Virus record (IMG/VR): IMGVR_UViG_3300037991_005648
Coordinates: 1-42,470 of that record
Length of the DNA: 42,470 nt
DNA from: a virus
Taxonomy: Duplodnaviria > Caudoviricetes
Direction: 5' to 3' (one strand)
A program made the position numbers and the translations under genes. Within the stretch, counting starts at the first letter, position 1, and every line of letters starts with the position of its first letter. A model generated the notes under the pieces. The model made no database searches. It saw only the letters and a program-made list of their open reading frames with translations, and had not been told where the DNA came from. Below, piece after piece: positions 27,014 to 38,034 of the stretch.

Positions 27014-30000
27014 TTAAATACTCGTTGCTATTGCTCTAAAGTTCTGTATTCTTGGTACTCTAGCAGCATTTGTACTCAACATCACGAGCTTCAATTGAAA
27101 TTGCTTATAAGTATCAAATTTATTTTGTGCTGAGTTATAGTATGTTGCAATCTTAGAGTTTTGTGGATCTTTGAATGCTGTTTGTGGTGTATCAATTTTA
27201 AACATATCAGCTTGTGTATTATCAAAGCTAATGTCATTACCTACAGTAATAACTGTACTGTTAACTGCTGTAACTGTTTCAATCTGATAATCAATTGATG
27301 CTGATGTGTTAACAATTTTTAATAGATCACCAACTGATAATGCTGTAGATTGATCATCTGTTGTAGCAATTAAGTTGTTAGCTGCATCAGCCAAACCTTT
27401 ACCATCCAGTGCTGTAGAAGGAGGTGTAGCTGGTAATTCATATTCAAATTCTAAAAACTCATCTACTTCAGCAGCAGATTGTTGTGCTGTACCTACTTGT
27501 GTGAGTCTTGTCCAATGTCTGTCAATAAAAGGATCACTTTCTAATTCATGAGCGACTCTTGCATAAACTTCAATCTCTGCTGTACCAGGTTTAGTAGCTG
27601 TCAGAAAAACTTTAAGATCTTCAGCATCTAACCCATCTTCAAGTGTAACAACTTTTGATACATACTTAGCTGTTGCATTACCTGTTTGAGGTAGATGTTC
27701 ATTTGTATTACTATTGTTAACTAAGTTCTCAACTCTTAAAATGTTACTTACTGAGTCATCGATAACAGGAGAAACTTTCTCGTGGTCAGTATTGAATTGG
27801 AATACATGCTTCCAAGACTTACCAAGACCTGATACAATTTCATTTGAATGACTTTTGATAGTACCAACTTCTTTCAATCTGTTTCTATTATTCATTGGAT
27901 AAGAAGTATTTGCAGTTAGACCTGAAGCAGTATTACATTGAGCAAACTGTACAATTTGTGTTCCGGAAGGCTCAATCTTATACATCAAGTTATCAAATGC
28001 AGTTACATTTAGATCATCAACTGTTGTAATAGTAGCGTTTGCTTCACTATCAGATCCAATAATAACACTTGTGTTATTGAATAAGAATGTTGAATTAGTT
28101 GCTGTTGACAAAGCAGCGTGCATTGTTTTTAACTGATCTGTTTGTTCATAATAGAACACTTCAGCAGAAGGAGTCAATTGAGCATCACCACTTGCAACTG
28201 TAATATCTGGAAAGCCTTGAATAGTCAAACTTGTATTGTTAGCTATAGCTGTTACTTTTCTAACTGAATGAGATGTTCCGTTTGTCAAAGCAATAAAATT
28301 ACCAACTGCAAGGTCTGTGGTAAATGCTGTGCCTGTTCCAGTTACTGTTTCACTAGTTGAACTAAATGCTACATTACCAGTAATGTTTGCACTATTGTCG
28401 TACTTAAAGATTCTTTCACCTTGTGTGAAGTTACCATTAATACTAGACAGTGTAAAGAACTCCATATCATGGTTTTGATAATCTACTGTGCCTTGTCTTG
28501 ACTTAAAGTTAGCACGATAGATAGTAAATTTAATATCCTCATCTTGGAAAGGTTTCCAAGCTCTGTTGTTTGAAGATAAGAACATAATACCATCAAAACC
28601 ATCTCGGTTCAACACAGTACCTGTTGTCTTATCAGTTTCACCTGTTCTTCTAACCCAAAGGTTGTAGTTTGGATTATTTCCATCTGGCATCACAACGAAA
28701 CAATATTCTTGTTGAGCAGATACAAAGACTGGTGAAGGAAATGTAACAGTAGTTGCAGTTGTACCATCAGAGCTCACGTTTACATCAGCAGATCTAAGAT
28801 GAACCTCACCATATGGCATAATGTTTTGTGATGGGAATCCGTTGTCAGTTGTTCTTATTTGAACAGTAACACCAAGATTAGGATCTTTAGATTCAAAGAA
28901 TAAATCCATCTTAGTGATAAACATTCCCACATCATCATTTTGATCTTTAATGATAAATGTTTGTGCAATTGGATCATCCCCATCGCCATCTTCATCTACA
29001 GGATCGTTTAATACTTCAGGTGGTGCAGGAATATTTCTTCTTACTTGTTGAGGTGGTGTAGGAGGAGGATTAGGTGTAAACCCTACAACCGCTGATGTAG
29101 TAGCTGTTTGAGATCTTGCACTCCTTGTAGCAGAAGATGTAACTGATGTTCCTGTAATAATTCTTGATTTAGAAACTTGTAGTTGTTTAGTTGTCAACTG
29201 AATGCTGGATTTTTCAATACCAAAGTTGTAAGCATTAAATGTTCCACCTGCAGAAGACATTGTTGTTTTAAGAGCATCTGATTGTGTTTGTTTATCAGAA
29301 ACAACAAGCTCTCTTTCACCAACTGGGTATGTTCTTGAAGGTAAATGAAACACACCAAATAATTCACCAGCATCATCAGTTGTTATTGCAGCACCTAAAG
29401 CTCCTGTTGTTCGGAAGTTAGCTTGTTCAATTGTATCACCACTGTTAACTGTAGCTGGCTGACATTGTGCATCTACATTTTTTGAATCAAAGTAAACATA
29501 GTGTCTAGTATTTTTCTTTAATCCAGTTGCATGGAAATAAACAAATTGTTCTCTGATGAATGGATTAAAAGATATATCTCTTACAAACTCACCAACAGTT
29601 TGAGTGTTTCTAATTTCTTGAGTGTTGAATTGGTTTTGACTACTTTGTCTAGTAATTGTTCTAATAGTTTCAAAACTCTCAACAGTTTCTACAGACGTAG
29701 TTTGAACAGAGTTAGTACCACCTGCTGTTGGAGCTGCTCTAACAGATGTTGTAGTATTTGTTGTTGTACCCAAACTTGCTGTAGATGATGTATCTCCAAT
29801 AACCTCAGTACGTGGTTCTTGAATTGCTTCAATATCTTTTATGCTATCAAGTAGACTTCTAGTACCTTGTGTTAAATCTAACTCAACATGAAAATCATTT
29901 GAAGGTGGATGTCTAACATCCATGAAGTTGTCATAGTCTGGGAATAATGTTACTCTACCTTGATATCTCCAATAGAACTCAGCAGCATTTCTTGTTCTTG

Positions 30001-33000
30001 TAGCAGATCGTTGCTCAAATTGAGCTCTATGATCATAATCCAATGTGATAAGATTACCAGTCTTAACTGTATTAGCATGACTGTTTGGTGTAATATCGAT
30101 AACATTATTTCTTTGTCTTGTTTGTAATACACCTGCAGCATGATCATAACCAGCTTTGAATTCACTGTCAACTAAAGATGCAACGGTCTTATCTAAGAAG
30201 TTATCAACAAGTATTCCGTTTTTGAACCTCTCGAGAGAAGTATTTGCAGCAGATGGAATTACTAAATCAACAGCTTGTTGTTCCAATAAATTTAATGAAG
30301 TATAGTATTGTAACTTCTTGACGCTTTGGTCAATTTGACCAATATCTTTCATTGTAAAGTTACGTTGCTGTTTGTTTATAAGTTTGTATTGATAATCTAG
30401 TCTTGCTTTTGTCTGAGCAACCGCACCAGTCAAGGAAGGATGAACTGGAATCTGTGCAATTGCTAGTGTCATTGCATTAGGTATATCTTGAGGAGGTATA
30501 GGACGTCCTGCTGATTGACCTTCTACTACTTGGAAATATCCTTGAGGTGTTATTACAATTTTATCTATTCTTGGTAAAAAGTGTTGATAATCAACAGTCA
30601 TTCTTTTACCAGGAGCAGCAAAGTATTGCTCACCACTAAATGAAACTGTGTTAGCTGGGTTTGTAGTAGCAGTTGCAGCTGTTGTAGCATTTGTTGTGTT
30701 TGCTGTGTTAGCTGCATGAGGTCTAAAGTCAATAGCATCTCTTAGATCAACTGTAGAGCCATCTAGTGGAGATGAATAGATAGGAATATCTTCTGTTCTA
30801 ATCTTATCAACAGGAAGTGTGTCACTATCATCATCAATAGGATAACTATCAACAGAATAATAACCTAATCCACTACCACTGTTTTGGAAGTGACGTAAAC
30901 TTACTAGAATTCTAGCAGTACTGTTAATTGTAGTATTAGATGCATCTGGCTTGAGTTTTAATTTAGATAAATTGTAAAAACCATCTTGTTGATTTCTAAT
31001 TAACTCAAACTGACTTGTTTGATCATTTGCATCTGCTTCTATACTTGTAAAGTTATCATACTTTACATATACTTTTTGAATATCAAACACATCAGGAATA
31101 CCTAAACTCCAAGGACCTACTGATGTTTTTGCATTAGTAGCACAATTAACTTTTACATATGTATTTGCTGAAAGAGTTTTGTTTCTTTGTATTGATTCTC
31201 GTTTTTGAACATTGTGTTTGATAACTACAGCTAGTGTTGATTCTAAGTTTTTACCACGAGTAATATTTAATGTAGCAGTACTTTGATCTGAGCTTATTTG
31301 AACATTAGCTGCTGTATTGTTTTGTAAGTGGATAGGTTTATCAGCAACATATAATCTTCTATGAGCTTTACCACTTACAGAAGAACTAAATGATTGTAAA
31401 GTAGTTAGATGTGTACCATTTGTAATACCAGTAATTAACTCATCTTGAGCATCAGTTACTCTAATAGTATCACCAACTTGATACTCAGTAGTGAAAGTTG
31501 TGCCAGAACCAGTAACAACATTACCACTTGTAGATACTGTACCTGTAAGTGTAACAGTTTGAGCTGAAGTATTGTTTGCAACAATAATGAAATCATTTTC
31601 TTCATCAGAAGACAAATAGCTACTTGCTGTATAATCAAATATCTGGTTACCAGATAAAGCTATTTCTACAGTACCATTTGTAGCTACAGTTCCTGTTGAA
31701 ATAGTACTATACGTATATGTTCCTTCGTTTGCTGCTTTATGGTTAAATGTTTTTAAACCTTTGACACCGAGAGGAGTTACAAATTTTCTAAGATTTGTAT
31801 CTTTAAGTTTAGCAACACCGTCTGTTAGAACAACATCAGCAAACCCTACACCAGCATCTGCTCCAGTAAAATATGAAATAGCTCTTGTTGAAGAGAATGC
31901 TCTACCTTGCTCCATTTGTACATCAAACAAATATAACCTATATTGACCTTCTGCAGAACCAGGAGTGTTATCTTCATACTTTACAGATCTCACTCTTGCT
32001 GTACCAATGATTGTACCAGAATAAGTAGGTGCTGATCCAGATACAGTTGTTGCTGTATTTGTAGATGGAACTGTTTCAGCAGATCCAGCAGGACATGTTG
32101 ATATTCTGTTACCTGCAGTGTCTAATAGTTTAACTTGGGCACCAGTATTAAAATCAAATGAACCTAAGAATTCATCTACAATAATATAGTTACCATAGCT
32201 TTGACTTACTGTAGCATTTTCAACATTAGCTGTATCTTGACCTTTTCTAATTCTGACACGACCAGCAGCTCTCATTTCATTACGATAACCTTTGACATAT
32301 GCTTTACCAGCTCCAACAACAACGTGATCAAATGTGCTGTTACCAGTAATATTTTCTGTGTGAAATGAGAAAGGTTTGACAACATAGTCACCACTTTCTT
32401 CGTAAGTTCTTCTTGCTAACTCTTCTCCAAGTTTTGAAAATTGTGTATCTTCTTTTACTACTTGAGCTTCACCATCCTGGAATTTTAATAGTGCTAAAAA
32501 GTTATTTGCGGACTCAGCATCTGAATTTGTTTTACTAACTAGAGTAGGATTGAGTTTTAATCTATCTGCACCAGGAGCATTTTCATTATTGAACCCAGCT
32601 GCATTATCTAACAATGCACTGTTAGCTGAACTATTAACAATAGACTCGTTTGTCATAAAACCAATAGAGAAGTTGTTAGGTCTAGGATCGTAATCCTTTA
32701 CTTGAACACCTTGCATAAAGACATCTACAAAATGACCTTTTTGATAAATGATACCATCAGAAACTGTAACTCTTAATGTTTGTCCAATCGTGTTAAATTC
32801 ATTATTACCAGCTTTATTGAATGTAGTATTGGCAACTATAATAGATGCTGTTGAATTAATTGTTGCCGAAATATTTGCACCAGACCCACCAGACGATGTA
32901 ACGTTGATTGCTGGAATATCATCCCATCTATAATCTTGTCCAGCTGTAATCAATGTGACAGCTGTGATTCCTCCTGTGCTGTTTGTAGATACATTAGCTG

Positions 33001-33571
33001 TTGCATTAGTACCTCTTTGTGAAGCAAATGTTAAAGTGTCACCATTAGTATATGCAGCACCACCATCATTAATGGTAAATGTATTAGATATTTGTCCATT
33101 TGCAGGATAGAACACAATAGTATCACCAGGAGCAAATTCATCTTTTTGAACACCACCTGTATTACCTGAGTTAATATATTTACCAAATATTGTGTTCAAA
33201 TCTGGGTTTGTGATTTCAAATCCAGACTTAGTATCTTGTGTTTGGAAACTAAGATTAGAAGAAGCGTGTACCACATATCCATTTGCAAAATTAGCAACTA
33301 CATATGTGTTACCACCAGAATCTCTATCATTTAATTTAACGTAATCAATTTTGTTTGTGTTGAAAGAACAACCACTTACTATACTACCACTTTTAATTAT
33401 ATTATCACCAAACTTTTCAATTTGTGTTTGGAGAATGGTTTGGAGTTGTGTTAACTCTCTAGCTTGAACTGGAACAGAAGGCTTAAACAATACCCTATGA
33501 TGTTGACTGTTAGCATCGTAATCGTCAAAATATGGATTTGTATTTAAGTTGGTATCAAGAGAATTTGACAT
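27014..33571 (-). CDS. Large virion structural protein, VrlC/DUF4815-like
   Basis: NPYFDDYD, RVLFKP..VQARELTQLQ, APGADRLK, LARRTYEESGDY, RFKNGILVDNF and DPIAQTF motifs; follows gp8. Confidence 0.85.
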   Translation of the reverse strand: MSNSLDTNLNTNPYFDDYDANSQHHRVLFKPSVPVQARELTQLQTILQTQIEKFGDNIIKSGSIVSGCSFNTNKIDYVKLNDRDSGGNTYVVANFANGYVVHASSNLSFQTQDTKSGFEITNPDLNTIFGKYINSGNTGGVQKDEFAPGDTIVFYPANGQISNTFTINDGGAAYTNGDTLTFASQRGTNATANVSTNSTGGITAVTLITAGQDYRWDDIPAINVTSSGGSGANISATINSTASIIVANTTFNKAGNNEFNTIGQTLRVTVSDGIIYQKGHFVDVFMQGVQVKDYDPRPNNFSIGFMTNESIVNSSANSALLDNAAGFNNENAPGADRLKLNPTLVSKTNSDAESANNFLALLKFQDGEAQVVKEDTQFSKLGEELARRTYEESGDYVVKPFSFHTENITGNSTFDHVVVGAGKAYVKGYRNEMRAAGRVRIRKGQDTANVENATVSQSYGNYIIVDEFLGSFDFNTGAQVKLLDTAGNRISTCPAGSAETVPSTNTATTVSGSAPTYSGTIIGTARVRSVKYEDNTPGSAEGQYRLYLFDVQMEQGRAFSSTRAISYFTGADAGVGFADVVLTDGVAKLKDTNLRKFVTPLGVKGLKTFNHKAANEGTYTYSTISTGTVATNGTVEIALSGNQIFDYTASSYLSSDEENDFIIVANNTSAQTVTLTGTVSTSGNVVTGSGTTFTTEYQVGDTIRVTDAQDELITGITNGTHLTTLQSFSSSVSGKAHRRLYVADKPIHLQNNTAANVQISSDQSTATLNITRGKNLESTLAVVIKHNVQKRESIQRNKTLSANTYVKVNCATNAKTSVGPWSLGIPDVFDIQKVYVKYDNFTSIEADANDQTSQFELIRNQQDGFYNLSKLKLKPDASNTTINSTARILVSLRHFQNSGSGLGYYSVDSYPIDDDSDTLPVDKIRTEDIPIYSSPLDGSTVDLRDAIDFRPHAANTANTTNATTAATATTNPANTVSFSGEQYFAAPGKRMTVDYQHFLPRIDKIVITPQGYFQVVEGQSAGRPIPPQDIPNAMTLAIAQIPVHPSLTGAVAQTKARLDYQYKLINKQQRNFTMKDIGQIDQSVKKLQYYTSLNLLEQQAVDLVIPSAANTSLERFKNGILVDNFLDKTVASLVDSEFKAGYDHAAGVLQTRQRNNVIDITPNSHANTVKTGNLITLDYDHRAQFEQRSATRTRNAAEFYWRYQGRVTLFPDYDNFMDVRHPPSNDFHVELDLTQGTRSLLDSIKDIEAIQEPRTEVIGDTSSTASLGTTTNTTTSVRAAPTAGGTNSVQTTSVETVESFETIRTITRQSSQNQFNTQEIRNTQTVGEFVRDISFNPFIREQFVYFHATGLKKNTRHYVYFDSKNVDAQCQPATVNSGDTIEQANFRTTGALGAAITTDDAGELFGVFHLPSRTYPVGERELVVSDKQTQSDALKTTMSSAGGTFNAYNFGIEKSSIQLTTKQLQVSKSRIITGTSVTSSATRSARSQTATTSAVVGFTPNPPPTPPQQVRRNIPAPPEVLNDPVDEDGDGDDPIAQTFIIKDQNDDVGMFITKMDLFFESKDPNLGVTVQIRTTDNGFPSQNIMPYGEVHLRSADVNVSSDGTTATTVTFPSPVFVSAQQEYCFVVMPDGNNPNYNLWVRRTGETDKTTGTVLNRDGFDGIMFLSSNNRAWKPFQDEDIKFTIYRANFKSRQGTVDYQNHDMEFFTLSSINGNFTQGERIFKYDNSANITGNVAFSSTSETVTGTGTAFTTDLAVGNFIALTNGTSHSVRKVTAIANNTSLTIQGFPDITVASGDAQLTPSAEVFYYEQTDQLKTMHAALSTATNSTFLFNNTSVIIGSDSEANATITTVDDLNVTAFDNLMYKIEPSGTQIVQFAQCNTASGLTANTSYPMNNRNRLKEVGTIKSHSNEIVSGLGKSWKHVFQFNTDHEKVSPVIDDSVSNILRVENLVNNSNTNEHLPQTGNATAKYVSKVVTLEDGLDAEDLKVFLTATKPGTAEIEVYARVAHELESDPFIDRHWTRLTQVGTAQQSAAEVDEFLEFEYELPATPPSTALDGKGLADAANNLIATTDDQSTALSVGDLLKIVNTSASIDYQIETVTAVNSTVITVGNDISFDNTQADMFKIDTPQTAFKDPQNSKIATYYNSAQNKFDTYKQFQLKLVMLSTNAARVPRIQNFRAIATSI

Positions 33572-33580
33572 TTCTTTCCT

Positions 33581-35350
33581 CTAAAATTTTAGTACTAGCT
33601 TAACTGTTTCAGTTAAAGTGTTTGATCTCGATACAGCTTCAACATTTTTCAAGAGTAGAACCTCTCCTGATCCTCTAACTAAGTCTGGTGGAATGCTGTT
33701 TTTGAAACGAACTGTTTCGGATGAAGTATCCCCTGTTACTATATAGCTGTTTGAAGCACCAAAGGTACCTCTGACTGTAGTCAAAGATGTGTGTGTATTG
33801 TTACTTTGATATACTGTACCATTTGCTGTAGTAGTTGATTGTTCAACTGTTTCATCCTCGGTAAAAGGTGTTCCAGTAACTAAGTTATGTTCAAATTTAT
33901 GTGTTTGTTGGAAGTAATGTGAATTTGATCTAGAAGTATCTTTACCATTAACAAGGAAAGCTGTAAGGTTTGCACTTGCTCCAGAGTCATCTCCAGTAAC
34001 ATTTCCTGTAGTAGAGAAGTGACCATATGCATTAGATAATTCTAGTTTAGTTGTATTTGCAGCTTGTACATAACCTTTTGCACTTGTTGTAGTGTGTGTT
34101 ACTATTTCTCCTACTGTAAAATCAGCAGATGGTGCATCAATAGTTACTTGAACATTAGCATAATAAGGATTCTTCAACAATCCAACAGTTCTAAAGTCAT
34201 TGTCTGTTTGTATATTACTTGATTCTGTATTTGCAAAGTCAGTGCTTATAATAACAAACCTTGCATCTAATTCACTTTTTGGATCAGCTGAGTGTCCTCC
34301 AAAAGGACCAATAACTGCTCTTGCAGCTGCTAAGTTAGCAGAAGCCATATTATTTGCTTCAATACTCACGTTAGCATACGTATATCCTGATCCTCTTTGT
34401 AAGATCTCAATATTAGCAACTGTATTAGTTGATGTGTTAATTAATGCTCTTGCAACAGCGTTTGATCCATCACCGCTTATGGTTACGGTTGGAGTAATTT
34501 CATAGCGGCTTGTACTATCAGGGGCTGATGATAAAGCAGTAGCAATAGTAAGATGCTTACCAGAGGAATTTGATACATAATCAGTGATTTTAGAAATTTC
34601 ACCGTTCGCCACACCAGCAGTAAAATAAATTGAGCAGTTGTTATAAAAATCATTGTTTCCAGATAATGTAAAGTCAGTTGAAGTAATTTTAAAATGGGTT
34701 GTGTTTGTTGAAGATACTACAGCTCCATTAGCAAATTCGTTGTAATTGTTACCGCTGTTTGATACAAAGTATTGATCAATAGCACCATTGATAGCATTTG
34801 CAACGGCATTAGCATGTTCAACAACAGGAATATAGTTATTAGATGTAAATTTATTATACGTAGCTTGTGGAATTGTATACATGAATCTCCACTGATATCC
34901 ATCAGTTGCACTCTTAATATACAATGAATTTAAACTTGCTGATACATCTGAAAACAATGGTTGTGAATTTGAAGCAGTATTACTATTGTTGTTAATACAC
35001 TTCCAAACGTGATAATCAGAACCTTCTTGAGTAACAACATAATATTTTTTAGTATAAAGGTTTGCATCTTGATCATCATATGGATAGTATATTGTATTAT
35101 TAGACCAGGTACAATTTTCAATAGCATGAGAAATATCACTACTTGTAACTTGTTTACCAAACAACATCTCATCATACGTTTGGAATACTGAATTACTTAT
35201 TGATAAACTAGGTGTAGGTGTACTTGACTCTGTGAACGCTGTGTGTTTACTAGTAAACACATAATACATATCATTAGCTGCTTCCGTGACAGATTCAACT
35301 AACTGTCTTGCTCCATGTACATGAAATTCTTTATATATTCTCTCTGTCAT
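33581..35350 (-). CDS. gp8: Baseplate wedge subunit gp8 (extended)
   Basis: VWKCINNN, DGYQWRFMYTI, KFTSNNYIPV and GGHSADP..EL motifs; synteny. Confidence 0.85.
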   Translation of the reverse strand: MTERIYKEFHVHGARQLVESVTEAANDMYYVFTSKHTAFTESSTPTPSLSISNSVFQTYDEMLFGKQVTSSDISHAIENCTWSNNTIYYPYDDQDANLYTKKYYVVTQEGSDYHVWKCINNNSNTASNSQPLFSDVSASLNSLYIKSATDGYQWRFMYTIPQATYNKFTSNNYIPVVEHANAVANAINGAIDQYFVSNSGNNYNEFANGAVVSSTNTTHFKITSTDFTLSGNNDFYNNCSIYFTAGVANGEISKITDYVSNSSGKHLTIATALSSAPDSTSRYEITPTVTISGDGSNAVARALINTSTNTVANIEILQRGSGYTYANVSIEANNMASANLAAARAVIGPFGGHSADPKSELDARFVIISTDFANTESSNIQTDNDFRTVGLLKNPYYANVQVTIDAPSADFTVGEIVTHTTTSAKGYVQAANTTKLELSNAYGHFSTTGNVTGDDSGASANLTAFLVNGKDTSRSNSHYFQQTHKFEHNLVTGTPFTEDETVEQSTTTANGTVYQSNNTHTSLTTVRGTFGASNSYIVTGDTSSETVRFKNSIPPDLVRGSGEVLLLKNVEAVSRSNTLTETVKLVLKF

Positions 35351-35352
35351 CT

Positions 35353-38034
35353 TTATGCCTGAGTTATATTAGAGTTAGCAATAGTAGTTGCGACATTCTG
35401 CCACAGTTCAAGTTGAGCCTTACCAAAAAGTTTATACCCAGCAGTGTGAGTAACTTCTTTAAGAATTTTCTCATATTTATTTAGCTCGAATTCAGATAGT
35501 ACTTCATATGAGAACTGTTGGTAAAAGTTGTTGTCAGGAATAAAATACTTCTCTCCAAGGACACCGCTTCTTGTCTTATGATATCCTTCTGAAATACCTG
35601 TTCCATTGACGTTAGCTGTACCCTCAACAGCCTGAAATGTTTTTCCAATCCTAAATGTAAGTTCTTCACCTTCTTTAAATCTTAAACCAGAATCAACAAT
35701 TTCTACAGTATCAATTAGTCCTTCACCAACAACAACGTTTGCAAATACGTTACCATTTACACCTGCTTTAACAAATCTATTGTAGTTGTTATTATCTTCT
35801 GTCACGCTTAGTACGTTAACAGACTTAGCATTGTTGTTTGATTGTAGACGTTCAGCTGTAGTAGAAGATATAAAAAAGTCATTCTCAATAGAATGAACCC
35901 TTAGAGTCATAGAACTGTTAGATTGGTTACTAGTCAGTACTTTACCAACAGACATTGCATTTTCAGATGTATTAGATTGAACAGTAACAGTGTTTGTAGT
36001 ATGACCAGATAAGAATCCAGTTACAGTGTTATTATTAAATGTAACTTCATGACCAGTGTTGAAAAAATTACTACCATTTGTTTTTTGTATAATATTTCCA
36101 AGAACTAATGTGGATGTATTTGGGATACTTCTGATTGTGGCAAAGTTGTTTACTGTTGAATTAAGAACTTGAACAACACCTTCTCCAACTGAAAAGCTAT
36201 TGGCTGTTGTAGTATTGAATGTTAATGTTTGTGTGTCTAAGGCTTTGTACTGCCTAAACATATCACCTTCTTCAATGGTAGTACCAGCTCTGTTATTGTA
36301 TGTTATTTCAACATTTCTGTGATGATATCCATCTACAAATTTGTTTTGTATAAGTACAATTGGATCAGCAGTATATCCAGATCCAGAGCTAACCAATGTA
36401 AGATCAGATACTTCTCCTAATGATTCATCTTGAAAAGAAAGAGCTTTATCTATAACATCATCAAGACCTGCTGCTGGTGTTTTAGAAAAACCATATCCTG
36501 CTGATGCAACATTACTATTAGCTCCGTTGAGTTTTGTATCAAGGAATAAAACACTACCACTGTTAGTACCACTAATAAAGTCTGTATAAACATTTGTACT
36601 TACAGCATTACCTACTGAATTTATCGTTACGTTAGCACCCTGACCAGATCTATTACCAATAATATCTGCATAAGTGTTTGAAGTATTACCTTTTATAAAT
36701 CCTTGAGGCTCTGCAGGCCAAGACATATTGTTTGCAGTGATACCTACATTATTTCCTCTCATACCAACAAAGGTACCTGTAGCCCAACTGTTAGTAAAAG
36801 AATCAAAATCAGCATTAACAGCAGCTTGTTCTTCAAATCTTAGTTTAACTACTCCAGAAGAAAAAGATCCTGTATTCTCATAAATTATCATTGAACCATT
36901 TGAAAATACTGATGAGTTAGTTGTTCCTATTGAAGATACTCTACCGTTTGCAATAACACTACCTGTAGAATTGATTCCAACAACATACGATGTAACATTT
37001 ACTGTCTCAACAAATGTATTGGTTGAAGAATTGAATGTTACTGTAACTCTTGGTGAATAGATAGTTTCAAACAACTGAAAAGTATTTGCTGGACGTGTTT
37101 CAAGAGGGTGAGTAGTGTTTGCGTCATCAAAGATAGCATTCACAAATGTATTACTAATATTGTTTACCTGCAATGTTGTTTCACTAATAATCACATTAGA
37201 TATAGCACTATTTGCACTGTAACCAGAACCACCTTGTTTCTTTGATATGTTGGGAACACCAGTTCCATTTGCTGTAGTAAGTACTCTGACTATACCTTCT
37301 GTAGAAGTATTTGCAGAAGATTTTACTATAAGTTCATCACCAACACTGTAATTGTTTCCTCCATCTGTAAAAGAAACACCAGATAACGAACCATTTAATC
37401 TAATTCTATGTGTACCACTTGATTCTATAATTAATTCATTACCTATAAACTCTCCATTCAATTGCTCCAAAAACATTACTACTAATAATGTTCCTTGAAC
37501 ATTTGTAGTAATAATAGAATTAACAAACGCTGTTGCTCCAGATGTTTCACCAGTTATTTCATTTCCCATGAATGCTTGTAGTGCTGTAGTGTTTGATGTA
37601 TACATCTCCAAATATCTTGGAGTAACAAACATAGCATCAGATAGTTTTAATAAAAATTCATTAGGAATATAGATATCAGCATTCTTACCATACACTAACT
37701 TAAAAAATAATTCAACTGCTCTTTTAGATCCTTTTGATCTGTAAAGATCAAGTACATGTTTAACAAAGAAACCCGTATCAACTGTTGTTTCCTCTGGTAT
37801 ACTAAACAAATAGGTTTTCTTGAAGTGATCAATAAAATCTCCAGCAAGTTGATCTGGATCTGTATATTGAATCAAGTCTCTTGAATATCCTAATGACTTT
37901 GTAGATTGTTCTAAGTATTCATAGTAAGCCTTTACAAATGCAACCAGTAAAGGTCCATCCTCTCTGAATGTTTCAGGGAATTGCTGTTCAATAAGTGGTG
38001 ATAGAAAATCTTCAATGTCGTTAAGAACGGGCAT
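35353..38034 (-). CDS. gp7: Baseplate wedge initiator, gp7-like
   Basis: QFPETFRE, LYRSKGS...FFKLVYG, FYQQFSYEV and HTAGYKLFG motifs; lies between gp6 and gp8. Confidence 0.75.
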   Translation of the reverse strand: MPVLNDIEDFLSPLIEQQFPETFREDGPLLVAFVKAYYEYLEQSTKSLGYSRDLIQYTDPDQLAGDFIDHFKKTYLFSIPEETTVDTGFFVKHVLDLYRSKGSKRAVELFFKLVYGKNADIYIPNEFLLKLSDAMFVTPRYLEMYTSNTTALQAFMGNEITGETSGATAFVNSIITTNVQGTLLVVMFLEQLNGEFIGNELIIESSGTHRIRLNGSLSGVSFTDGGNNYSVGDELIVKSSANTSTEGIVRVLTTANGTGVPNISKKQGGSGYSANSAISNVIISETTLQVNNISNTFVNAIFDDANTTHPLETRPANTFQLFETIYSPRVTVTFNSSTNTFVETVNVTSYVVGINSTGSVIANGRVSSIGTTNSSVFSNGSMIIYENTGSFSSGVVKLRFEEQAAVNADFDSFTNSWATGTFVGMRGNNVGITANNMSWPAEPQGFIKGNTSNTYADIIGNRSGQGANVTINSVGNAVSTNVYTDFISGTNSGSVLFLDTKLNGANSNVASAGYGFSKTPAAGLDDVIDKALSFQDESLGEVSDLTLVSSGSGYTADPIVLIQNKFVDGYHHRNVEITYNNRAGTTIEEGDMFRQYKALDTQTLTFNTTTANSFSVGEGVVQVLNSTVNNFATIRSIPNTSTLVLGNIIQKTNGSNFFNTGHEVTFNNNTVTGFLSGHTTNTVTVQSNTSENAMSVGKVLTSNQSNSSMTLRVHSIENDFFISSTTAERLQSNNNAKSVNVLSVTEDNNNYNRFVKAGVNGNVFANVVVGEGLIDTVEIVDSGLRFKEGEELTFRIGKTFQAVEGTANVNGTGISEGYHKTRSGVLGEKYFIPDNNFYQQFSYEVLSEFELNKYEKILKEVTHTAGYKLFGKAQLELWQNVATTIANSNITQA

